Positions 39,123 to 47,284 of a stretch of DNA of 64,000 nt are shown piece by piece; within the stretch, counting starts at the first letter, position 1, and the number at the start of each line of letters is the position of its first letter. The notes below the pieces were generated by a model that was not told the DNA's origin, ran no database searches, and worked only from the letters and a program-made list of their open reading frames with translations. The stretch lies in IMG/VR virus record IMGVR_UViG_3300026097_000008, positions 64,001 to 128,000 of that record; one strand, 5' to 3'. This stretch comes from a virus. The translations under genes and the position numbers were made by a program.

Positions 39123-39926
39123 TTATTTGTTGAAATTATGTAGGACTGTTACAGGCTTATCAAGATCAACCGGCGACGTAAAAGATAGATACCAACCTGG
39201 TAAATATGGTCCGGTGCTTGAACCTACTTCTAGAATAAACCCAGTGCTAGAAACATAGTTTCCAATATTTGCACCTGATGTGTCTACGGCTAATTCTAAA
39301 CGTGTAGCAGTTGGTGCGCTTACAACTCCATGACTTCCTGGTGAGCTAGAATCATCAGTATTCAAGTTTTCTAAATTATCATCAGTACTAGATTCAACAC
39401 CACTAACATACACTTGATCTCCGGCGCTTAATCCGTGAGATCCTGATAATTCTATTACAGTTGTTGTGCCTACACTAATAATATTAATTACTTCTAATCT
39501 ATTACCAGGATTTTGTGTTAGTGTATAGTTTGTACCAAAAATTTGAAATACATTTTCTACAAATACAAGTATGTCTGTAGATCCGCCGCTGTTTTGTGGA
39601 CTAGGGTAATCTGTATCGCCGTTATCTAAAGGTCCAAATAGTGTTTCAACAGCATCGCCTGAGCCAAGATTTTGTTGTACAATAGTCCTTGGTTCTTTAT
39701 AACGACCTTTGCGCCAGGCTCCATCTTGATAAAATTCAAATTCGTTAGCAGTTGTATTGTAGCGTATATGACCGTTTGTAGGATTGTCAGGACGCTGCGC
39801 TTCTGTACCTTTTGGTACAAGCATAACATTAGTACTATCTACAACTACCTGGTCGTTAACATCATACTTAACGCCCTTTCCGTAAATATTACGTAGATTA
39901 GTATTTTGCGCTTTTAATAATCTCAT
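39123..39926 (-). CDS. Virion structural protein
   Basis: VPKGTEAQRP...IRYNT module, ILVFVENVFQ and a HGLSAGDQVYVSGV beta domain common in T4-like baseplate and neck proteins. Confidence 0.65.
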   Translation of the reverse strand: MRLLKAQNTNLRNIYGKGVKYDVNDQVVVDSTNVMLVPKGTEAQRPDNPTNGHIRYNTTANEFEFYQDGAWRKGRYKEPRTIVQQNLGSGDAVETLFGPLDNGDTDYPSPQNSGGSTDILVFVENVFQIFGTNYTLTQNPGNRLEVINIISVGTTTVIELSGSHGLSAGDQVYVSGVESSTDDNLENLNTDDSSSPGSHGVVSAPTATRLELAVDTSGANIGNYVSSTGFILEVGSSTGPYLPGWYLSFTSPVDLDKPVTVLHNFNK

Positions 39927-40282
39927 TAAACTTCCAAATAGCTAATGGTTGCTGCCAAATCTGTATTACTACCGCCTACATCAGGCTCTGCAACAAAAGC
40001 CACAACATCACCTGCATCTAAAACAACACGCTCTGTGTCAAATGTAAAAGTTTCTCCTGCAGGTAATGTCAGTTGTCTAACTACGCATGTTCTTGTATTA
40101 GACAATGCTTGACCGTTAGGAATTAAGTGTAAATCAAATATTGCATCGTGCGATGCTGCATCAACTGCACCCGGGTCGTATGTATTACAAACAAGTATAT
40201 TTGTAATTGCATATTGCGTATCTGCAGGCACAGTTATAATATCTAATTGTGTGGTTGTAAGTCTTTGATTTACTATTGCCAT
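39926..40282 (-). CDS. Small virion structural protein
   Basis: Third paralog of 14868..15188 (ITVPA...AITNILVCN...RVVLDAGD). Confidence 0.65.
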   Translation of the reverse strand: MAIVNQRLTTTQLDIITVPADTQYAITNILVCNTYDPGAVDAASHDAIFDLHLIPNGQALSNTRTCVVRQLTLPAGETFTFDTERVVLDAGDVVAFVAEPDVGGSNTDLAATISYLEV

Positions 40283-40293
40283 TTGTTTTCCTC

Positions 40294-41322
40294 TTAGAAT
40301 AGCATGCTAAAAATTAGTGATCTATTTCTACTTATTAATTCGTCTGATGTATTACTTTTATTTACAAAATAAATCCCGCTGCCGCCTTCTGCTTGAGTTT
40401 TGGAATAAATTTTTACTCCTTCGGTCGGTGCATTTGGATCAATAAATGCATCATCGTCATTTGGTGTTTCAGAAATCTCCAAGTTATCGTTTATCTTAAC
40501 AGTTCCAGTTCCAGGAGATTTTAAAATCAAGTCTTCATTACTGTTGACTGTACTAATTTCGTTATTTTGGACTTTTATATTTGCAACTTCTAGTCTGTTT
40601 GAATAGAAATTAGCAATAATCGATCCGTCTACTGTAGCGACTATTGTACTCTCAACACTAGTTTCGCTATCATCTTCAGTTGCTAGTCGTGTGTCGCCTT
40701 CTTCAATTGCATCTTGCAAATTCGTAGATAAAGCAAAATCTACATAGTCTACTACACCTTTTGCATTAGGTATAAAGTCATTATTTAATACAGCCGGCGC
40801 AACAATACTACCTGCAGAGTAATTAAAAACATTTTCTTCGTAGTCTGTTGTTCCTGCAACATTTATAGCACTACCTGGAGTAGTTATATAAAGTGTTCCC
40901 TGAGCGTTTATACTGTTAACACTGACTGGTAATAATTGACCTGCTGCATTTTCAAATACAAAACTTCCGTTGCCGCTAGAACCTCCTGTGACATAAGGAA
41001 CACTTTCGTCAAACAATAATCTTGCTTCTGATAAACTTCCTCTGTCTATTCCAATTCCTGCTTGAAATCCCAATGCTGCACTGATACCATCTCCAGTCTG
41101 GCCTTCATTAAGTGTAATAATATTATCTGCGATTGTAGTGACGGTAGATTCAACAGTAGTAGTGATACCTTTAACTTCTAAGTCTCCGGTTATCACTACT
41201 TTTCCTCTGTCGGTAGTATAGCCTCCAGTAGTGTCAAGTGTAATCAATCCTCCAGAAGCATCTGATGGATTGTCCACTACAATTTTATAATTGCCGTCTT
41301 TTACTCTAACTACTCTTGACAT
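40294..41322 (-). CDS. Virion structural protein
   Basis: ITGDLEVKGITTTVES...IADNIITLN...GIGIDRG fibre-type motifs. Confidence 0.65.
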   Translation of the reverse strand: MSRVVRVKDGNYKIVVDNPSDASGGLITLDTTGGYTTDRGKVVITGDLEVKGITTTVESTVTTIADNIITLNEGQTGDGISAALGFQAGIGIDRGSLSEARLLFDESVPYVTGGSSGNGSFVFENAAGQLLPVSVNSINAQGTLYITTPGSAINVAGTTDYEENVFNYSAGSIVAPAVLNNDFIPNAKGVVDYVDFALSTNLQDAIEEGDTRLATEDDSETSVESTIVATVDGSIIANFYSNRLEVANIKVQNNEISTVNSNEDLILKSPGTGTVKINDNLEISETPNDDDAFIDPNAPTEGVKIYSKTQAEGGSGIYFVNKSNTSDELISRNRSLIFSMLF

Positions 41323-41334
41323 TGATTACCCTTA

Positions 41335-41820
41335 TTAGATTGCTGTAAGAATAAGCACGTTTTCAGCAGAGTCGTTATCAACATACCAAGTATACTGGTT
41401 GTCGTCGAACCCTGTAATCTTACGTCCTGAAATTTTCTTTACAAAGACTTGAGTTCCTGAATCAGTTCCTACAAATCCACGTAGTACCATTTCGTTATTA
41501 CCAATGCCCGACGACCCGTCATCATCCACAAGTTTACATACTCCTACGCCGTTAGCTTCTGAATATACTTTGAATCTACGAGCACCTTTTTGTTGTAAAA
41601 TATAGCAACTGTTTGGTCCATCATCTTGCACATCTACCGCTGCTGTGCTTGAAACTTTAGCTTTGTACACTGGAATGTTATATCCTTTTTGACGATCTGT
41701 GCTTGCAGATGTAGTATCAAATCCGTGGATATTACGGCCGTCTCCTGTATCAGGGTATCCTGATGTGCTTGTTGTTGATCCTAGTGGACCGAAGTTCTTT
41801 TTACCTAGTGGTCTTCCCAT
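41335..41820 (-). CDS. Hypothetical late protein (possible head decoration or neck protein)
   Basis: MGRPL..K.FG N-terminus and YILQQKGARRFKV; strong AAGGAG RBS; downstream of a late promoter. Confidence 0.6.
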   Translation of the reverse strand: MGRPLGKKNFGPLGSTTSTSGYPDTGDGRNIHGFDTTSASTDRQKGYNIPVYKAKVSSTAAVDVQDDGPNSCYILQQKGARRFKVYSEANGVGVCKLVDDDGSSGIGNNEMVLRGFVGTDSGTQVFVKKISGRKITGFDDNQYTWYVDNDSAENVLILTAI

Positions 41821-41837
41821 TTGTTTTCTCCTTTTTA

Positions 41838-41912
41838 AGAAGTCCGATGCAGGTTCTAGCTGCTACGCTGTGGGTACAGCATAAGTCCGCCTCGCGGCAC
41901 ACTATCTGACAT
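41838..41912 (-). ncRNA. Candidate structured 5' leader (multi-stem)
   Basis: Follows late promoter GATAAATA (41916-41923). GUC.GAU/AUC.GAC closes GCC-GCGA-GGC, GCUGU-ACCC-ACAGC and GCAG...CUGC, ending just before the RBS. Confidence 0.5.
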
Positions 41913-41924
41913 ATGTATTTATCA

Positions 41925-41963
41925 AAAGAGAAAAAAGCCCGACACAGTTAAGCATCGGGCTTT
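41925..41963 (-). terminator. Rho-independent terminator
   Basis: AAAGCCCGA...TCGGGCTTT stem, extendable by G-U pairs on the minus strand, followed by TTTCTCTTTT. Confidence 0.8.
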
Positions 41964-41965
41964 AT

Positions 41966-42176
41966 AAAAAAGTGGGTGAAGGACTTGGGTTTACCTCCAA
42001 CTAAGCGCCTAGATACCTTTCATCGTTAACACTTAGAACCTTGCTCTGTCTAGTATGACAGTGTGCGTACTCCTAGTCTCCTAAGTCTACGCCGGGCACT
42101 ACCCCTAACAAGTGCGCTTATCCTCTCTAGAAACAGGATTATTAGCGCCAACCCTTGTAACAACGTCTTGCTACAG
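41966..42176 (-). ncRNA. Candidate independently transcribed structured ncRNA (~210 nt)
   Basis: ORF-free and GC-richer than its flanks, bracketed by a sigma70 promoter and a terminator. At least six stems are visible (see findings). Confidence 0.65.
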
Positions 42177-42181
42177 TAATA

Positions 42182-42209
42182 ATAATAACATCACTGCAAC
42201 AAATGTCAA
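42182..42209 (-). promoter_or_regulatory. Sigma70-type promoter
   Basis: TTGACA, 16-nt spacer ending TGT, then TATTAT (extended -10), immediately after the capsid terminator. Confidence 0.65.
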
Positions 42210-42231
42210 CCACTTTTTTTAAAAAAGTCAT

Positions 42232-42257
42232 AAAAAAAGGCCCCGTAGGGCCTTTTT
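42232..42257 (-). terminator. Rho-independent terminator of the major capsid gene
   Basis: AAAAAGGCCC-TACG-GGGCCTTTTTTT, with a cUACGg (UNCG) tetraloop; potentially bidirectional. Confidence 0.9.
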
Positions 42258-42280
42258 CTTGTTGTCGTTCTAAGTTAAAC

Positions 42281-43450
42281 TTAGCTGAATGACAAGTTCC
42301 CAGTTGTAACTGTGATCTCGTCTAGGTAGTCAGCTGCATTACCTAGTGACGATGCTGTGTTTGATAGCTCAACATAACCATAACGTGTCATGAATGATAC
42401 GACTGGCTCAAATGTTGATGGATCTAGTACAACACCACTGCTCATCAATGGAATGTATGGGCAGTAGAACGCTGCTGCGTCTGATTCTGAAGTACCTTTG
42501 TACCCAACAAGAATGTTGTCATCAGATGCATATGTGTTTACATACACTTTCATTGCATTGTTCAATGTACCAACCATCTTAGTGTTAGTTGGTGCTTCGA
42601 ATGTACCTTCTGTTGTACGTGCAAACGCTGAAGTAGTTGCTGACTGTAGGATTGTTAACACTGTTGGTGAAACAACTGCCCAATTACCAGCACCACGACG
42701 TGTACGCTGTGCGATACGGTTTGCTGCGCGGTTCATAAGAACTGCTAGAGCAGCATGCTCGTCGCCAACGAATGTTGCAGTACCACTTACTGCTGCCTGA
42801 TCGTATGTATCAGTTGCACCAGCTAGTGTGAATAGTGAAGCAAGTACTTCTTGGTCGATTTCAGCAGTAATCTCTTGAGCAAGTGCTGCCATGATTTCTG
42901 CTTCTACGTCGATGCCGTGCTGCGACTGAGCGTCTTGTGCAGACTCAAAAGTCCAACGTGCGCTTAGTTTACGAGTCTTAGCTTCAACTGTTTGCTTCAA
43001 GATTTGAATGCTTAGTCTGTTTCCAGCTGCACCTTCTAGTGCTGCTGTTGCATCAGCTTTAGCAGTTGTAGCATTACCCGAGTATGCTTCTGCAATCTTG
43101 AATGGGCTTAGAGCCTCTTCGCCTGCTACTGCGCCGCTTGCGTCTGAGCCAGCTGTGTCCGAATAACGAACACGTAATGTGTGGATTTGACCCACAGGAC
43201 CAGTCATAGGCTGAACACCTACAAGCTCGTTTGCAATGACTGTTGGCATTACACGACGAATAACTGGAAGAATAACACGGTTAAGTGTTGCGATATTACC
43301 GGCAGAGGTAGCACCAGCTGTAGCAGTCTCTGCGAGATACGAGCGAGTATTCTCTAGAGTAGTTGCCATAACAGATTTCTTTGTGCCTTGTAGGCCTTCA
43401 AGTAGAGCTGTTTTGGTGTCCTGCCAGCGACTTTCTAGTAGTTCTGACAT
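42281..43450 (-). CDS. gp23: Major capsid protein, T4 gp23 family
   Basis: RRVMPTVIANELVGVQPMTGPVGQI, VEAKTRKLSARWTFE.AQD...HGIDVEAE, AFYCPYIPL and TRYG. Confidence 0.95.
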   Translation of the reverse strand: MSELLESRWQDTKTALLEGLQGTKKSVMATTLENTRSYLAETATAGATSAGNIATLNRVILPVIRRVMPTVIANELVGVQPMTGPVGQIHTLRVRYSDTAGSDASGAVAGEEALSPFKIAEAYSGNATTAKADATAALEGAAGNRLSIQILKQTVEAKTRKLSARWTFESAQDAQSQHGIDVEAEIMAALAQEITAEIDQEVLASLFTLAGATDTYDQAAVSGTATFVGDEHAALAVLMNRAANRIAQRTRRGAGNWAVVSPTVLTILQSATTSAFARTTEGTFEAPTNTKMVGTLNNAMKVYVNTYASDDNILVGYKGTSESDAAAFYCPYIPLMSSGVVLDPSTFEPVVSFMTRYGYVELSNTASSLGNAADYLDEITVTTGNLSFS

Positions 43451-43462
43451 AATTATCTCCTT

Positions 43463-44560
43463 TTATAATCCAGCTAGACGTTTAATGTCAACGACATTGT
43501 GTTCGTCTGCTGTTCTACTAACGTTAGTTTGTGACTGTGTGTCACGGTTGCCTGTTACTTCTTTTGCCTCTGATAATACTGCCTTCTTTGCCGGTGTCTT
43601 ACCATCGATAACTGATGGTAGATACTTATCAAACGCAGACTGTAGTCTGTTTGTTTGAACCGATTCAAGTAAATCTGTCATGATTTCTTTTTGGTCCTTG
43701 CTTAGAGGACTTACAAGATTACTCATAACTTCTTTGCGTTCTGCTAATGCTTTCATTTTACCAATTTCTGCATCTTTGCTTTCTGCAAGTTGTTTTTTCT
43801 TAGCCGCTTCTGCTTTTGCTTCTGTAAGTTGCTTGTCTTTTAGAGCAACAACTTTCATTAGTTTAGCAGTTTCTGATTTCTCATTTAAGTGGCTAGTTGA
43901 ATATTCGTTCGCAAATGCTTCGAATAGCTTGCGACCGAAGTCGTTTCTACGTGCTTCTTCGATATCTTCTTTAAGTGCAGTAATTTCACTTGTGAGTGTC
44001 TTACTGACAATATCTGATACCTTGTTAGCACTTGTTTCGACAAAGGATTTTTTAACCTCTGCGAATTTTGATTTTGCTTCTTTAACAAGTTTAACTTTTG
44101 TTTCTGCAAGATCTTTTTTATCTTCGTGGAACTCAGCAATTTCTTTAGCTAGTGCATCTACAACAAAGTTCTCTAGCATGCCAAACTTGTCAGCAATTGC
44201 TTTTTGATCTTCGTGTAGTTCTGAAATTTCTTTTGCAAGAGACTCTGCAACAAAACGCTTCATTAGATCAGCATTTTCACGCATTGCAATGGCATACTTT
44301 GCCTTTGCTTCTGCAAGTTGCTTTCTATCATCTGCAAATTCTGCAATTTCTTCTGCAAGACGCTCTGAAAGCATAGCATCGATAGCTTCAACCATAGTTG
44401 ACTTATCGTGCTCGTACTTTTGTGCAAATTCTTCGCGAAGCTCAGCTGTGACAGCTTGCTTATTCTCGAGGATTTTTGCATTCCAAGCCTCTTCAATTTC
44501 CGCACGAACATCTTCTGAAACAACATCGTTCTCGAAAAGTGTTTTTAGTGCATCCAACAT
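43463..44560 (-). CDS. gp22: Prohead core scaffolding protein, gp22-like
   Basis: Glu/Lys/Ala-rich coiled coil between the protease and capsid genes, containing the KLFEAF motif. Confidence 0.8.
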   Translation of the reverse strand: MLDALKTLFENDVVSEDVRAEIEEAWNAKILENKQAVTAELREEFAQKYEHDKSTMVEAIDAMLSERLAEEIAEFADDRKQLAEAKAKYAIAMRENADLMKRFVAESLAKEISELHEDQKAIADKFGMLENFVVDALAKEIAEFHEDKKDLAETKVKLVKEAKSKFAEVKKSFVETSANKVSDIVSKTLTSEITALKEDIEEARRNDFGRKLFEAFANEYSTSHLNEKSETAKLMKVVALKDKQLTEAKAEAAKKKQLAESKDAEIGKMKALAERKEVMSNLVSPLSKDQKEIMTDLLESVQTNRLQSAFDKYLPSVIDGKTPAKKAVLSEAKEVTGNRDTQSQTNVSRTADEHNVVDIKRLAGL

Positions 44561-44573
44561 AGTGTTCTCCTTT

Positions 44574-45200
44574 TTATTGGAGTCGACTGATTATATTAAT
44601 CAGCGATTCTTTTAAATATTTTTGTGCCTTAGGGTCTTCTTTTGTTGCCTGTGCTAATTCGTATGCCTTGTATCCTCCACGAGCATTCATTAAGTGTTCG
44701 TAAATTGGTGTAGGATATGCACCAGGGGCGCTAGGCTGAGCCACTACGTCCACGGTGATAATTTCAAAATCAGAGACAGTATTACTGCCGTCTTCTGATA
44801 CATTTCCGCTACCACGCGATGAAACACCTAGCTTAACTCCGCTTTCAAGCATTGTTTTAACTAAGGTGCCCATCGGTGTAGGTAGGATTTTCATCTTTCC
44901 ATAACCATTAGCATCGTCCATCCACATTTCTGTAATCATGTGCGATACTCTATCTAGGTTAACATTAAGTCCATCTGGATGATCAACTTCGCCGAGAACA
45001 CTATAACCTCCGCTAATTTGATCGTTGAGAGTTTTGACAGCCCTGCCAATTTCATTTACAGGGTACACACGCTGGTTAGCGTTGCGTACTCCGCCTTGTA
45101 TACAAATACCTTTCATATACAAGTCTTTTCCTTCGTTGGCATTCTCAACTACAATCCTTGCAGCATCAAATGTCAAATGCTCTCTTAAAAAGTTGTTCAT
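44574..45200 (-). CDS. gp21: Prohead protease, gp21 family
   Basis: NANQRVYP, LGEVDHP, VSH, PTPMG, GVSSRGSG and DVVAQPSAPGA. Confidence 0.93.
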   Translation of the reverse strand: MNNFLREHLTFDAARIVVENANEGKDLYMKGICIQGGVRNANQRVYPVNEIGRAVKTLNDQISGGYSVLGEVDHPDGLNVNLDRVSHMITEMWMDDANGYGKMKILPTPMGTLVKTMLESGVKLGVSSRGSGNVSEDGSNTVSDFEIITVDVVAQPSAPGAYPTPIYEHLMNARGGYKAYELAQATKEDPKAQKYLKESLINIISRLQ

Positions 45201-45223
45201 TCAAACTTTCCTCTTTATACTGC

Positions 45224-46174
45224 TTACTTTGCTCTTTTTGGAGCACCGTTTAGTGGTGATCCTGCGCTTTTGTCAGCAGTCTCTGGCTTGCCCTTTTTCT
45301 CAGCGCCGTGGCCAGGTTGTGACTTCATTGATTTTGAAGCCTTTCCACCAGGTACATTTACGTTCCCGTGTGAATCTTCTTTAGTATTTGGAGCAGCTAG
45401 ACCACCTTGTGTGCCGCCTGTTCCGCCGTCACCGCCTGCTGTAATATTAGACGCTGTTCCGCCCATATCGTTTTTACCAGCTACAGTTGACTTTGTGTTT
45501 GCACCATTGTCGCCCATTTTAGCATTGACTTTTTCTACATACTCACGCATTTCTTCTGCGTTAGATTTTTTCATTTTCTTTTTGCCTTCTTCGACGTTGT
45601 CTTCAAATGATTCCATTTCGTTGTCATCATCTTCGCCTTCGTCGTCCATGTCCATGTCGTCTCCGCCCATATCCATGTCGCCGTCTTCGTCTTCTTCGCC
45701 TTCGTCGTCACCGGCCATCATTTTTTCAAATTCAGCTTTTAGATCTTGTAGTGCATCTTCTAGGTCTTCAACACGGTCGTCTAGATCTTCGTCATCGCCG
45801 TCCATGTCCATACCGTCTTCGTCGCCCATCTCTGGCTCCATAGCACCCATCATGTCGTCTGCTGGGTCACCGCCCATCATGTCCATCGGATCTGCTTCTA
45901 CTTCAAACTCGTCTAGATCGAAGTCTTCAGACATTTCTTCGTCTTCGTCTTCATCTTCATCTTTTGATTCGTCAACTTCTTCATCATCTGACTCATCTAC
46001 TTCTTCGTCAGAAGCTTCGTCAACTTCTTCGTCTTCTAAATCTGCTTCTAATAGTGATTCATAAATGTCACGTGATTTTTCAACCACGATCTCGTGGAAT
46101 AGCTCTTCCGCACCGTCACGATCTTCGTTGACTAGGCGCTCAAGCATTTCTTCAAACTTATTGCGTGTTGCCAT
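45224..46174 (-). CDS. Highly acidic prohead core protein (gp67/68-like position)
   Basis: Asp/Glu/Met-rich low-complexity protein upstream of gp21; AGGAG RBS; TTAAATA at 46221-46227. Confidence 0.6.
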   Translation of the reverse strand: MATRNKFEEMLERLVNEDRDGAEELFHEIVVEKSRDIYESLLEADLEDEEVDEASDEEVDESDDEEVDESKDEDEDEDEEMSEDFDLDEFEVEADPMDMMGGDPADDMMGAMEPEMGDEDGMDMDGDDEDLDDRVEDLEDALQDLKAEFEKMMAGDDEGEEDEDGDMDMGGDDMDMDDEGEDDDNEMESFEDNVEEGKKKMKKSNAEEMREYVEKVNAKMGDNGANTKSTVAGKNDMGGTASNITAGGDGGTGGTQGGLAAPNTKEDSHGNVNVPGGKASKSMKSQPGHGAEKKGKPETADKSAGSPLNGAPKRAK

Positions 46175-46275
46175 TACTTTTCTCCTATAAATGTTATACC
46201 TATGGTAAGGCTGTCAGTTGTATTTAACATACTGCGAGAAAAGTACGTAGAAATAGGCCAAAAACGGCGTATTTT

Positions 46276-47028
46276 TTAACAGTTGCCAGAAAAGTCGAAA
46301 ATTCTTTGAAAATTTTCTACTGTTATTGTATTAAAGTTGTCAAATTTATTTAGTTCGTCAGGCTGATAATTATCAGGTGCTATAACTCTAATGTAGTGAG
46401 TTTGTTTATGTTCTTGAATAACACTTTTAGTTTGACGCAACCAATTTCCAAAAAAAGTAGCACCATCTAATGACTTTTTATAGTTAGGTGTATCAGCATA
46501 CATGTTATTAAAACGCTTTCCATTTTCTAGACCTTGATAATCAAATCCTAAAATGTAAATTGTTTTATATCCATGCTGACTTGCTAGCCATAATGCTGTA
46601 GGACCACTGCTCCAACCTTTTGAAGGATTGAAATAATTGAATCCTTGCATGCGTTGGTATGCTTTGTTTGGATTGGTCCATACTTCGTGTTTTTTTTGAT
46701 ATCCGGACTTGTTTATTTCTAATATCATTTTAGTATCAACAGCAACTAGATAGTCAGGGTTAAATGTTCTATATAGAGCATTGCAACCGTATGTATTTCC
46801 AAATTGTGTTAAATTTTCCGGATTTATAGGTGATCTACTAGTTCCATTGCCAAGAACAAAGGCTGTGTTCTTTTTTTCTAATCCTATATTCTTTGTAGGA
46901 GCAGCAATAAATTCTATTTTTTGTTCAGGATCTTTATTCAGACGTTTTTCTTCTTTTTGTCTACGCCTTTGTTCTTTAATAATTTTCCACTGAGATTTAG
47001 AATATTGAGATTTATCAATTTTAGCCAT
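46276..47028 (-). CDS. Putative glycosyltransferase-like protein (Maf / sialyltransferase-type Rossmann fold)
   Basis: AFVLGNGTSR, YGCNA.YR, PDYLVAVD, SSGPTALWLA and IYILGFD, the pattern of CstII/Maf-like nonulosonate transferases. Confidence 0.55.
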   Translation of the reverse strand: MAKIDKSQYSKSQWKIIKEQRRRQKEEKRLNKDPEQKIEFIAAPTKNIGLEKKNTAFVLGNGTSRSPINPENLTQFGNTYGCNALYRTFNPDYLVAVDTKMILEINKSGYQKKHEVWTNPNKAYQRMQGFNYFNPSKGWSSGPTALWLASQHGYKTIYILGFDYQGLENGKRFNNMYADTPNYKKSLDGATFFGNWLRQTKSVIQEHKQTHYIRVIAPDNYQPDELNKFDNFNTITVENFQRIFDFSGNC

Positions 47029-47276
47029 TATACTCCGCCGGCTGCTGCTTGAGCTGCTATTCCATACATTTGTCTTACAAAGTCTAGTTCTTTTGACTTT
47101 TCATTTGTATGTAGCTCACTTGCTTTCCTTGCACGGTTTATTTGGCGTAGAGTAAGTCTTGTTTTGCGAGTATCGTCTAAGTCAACAATACTATCGTCAT
47201 ACTGAGGATCGTAGCGATCGTCTTCGATCGGCTCAATAGTTTCTTTGTCGTAATAAAAAAGTTCTCTCAGTATCAT
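47028..47276 (-). CDS. Small conserved head-region protein
   Basis: 82 aa; DTRKTRLTL.QIN.. and VRQMYG motifs; TATAAATA at 47282-47289 just upstream. Confidence 0.65.
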   Translation of the reverse strand: MILRELFYYDKETIEPIEDDRYDPQYDDSIVDLDDTRKTRLTLRQINRARKASELHTNEKSKELDFVRQMYGIAAQAAAGGV

Positions 47277-47284
47277 GTTAGTAT

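Noticed and set aside
41966-42176. tRNA or tmRNA interpretation of the structured RNA
   Set aside because: No cloverleaf, no GTTCRA T-loop with an acceptor stem ending in CCA, and no tag reading frame were recognised.
45560-46050. TCTTCGTC-rich DNA repeats
   Set aside because: They simply reflect the Asp/Glu/Met-rich coding of the prohead core protein.
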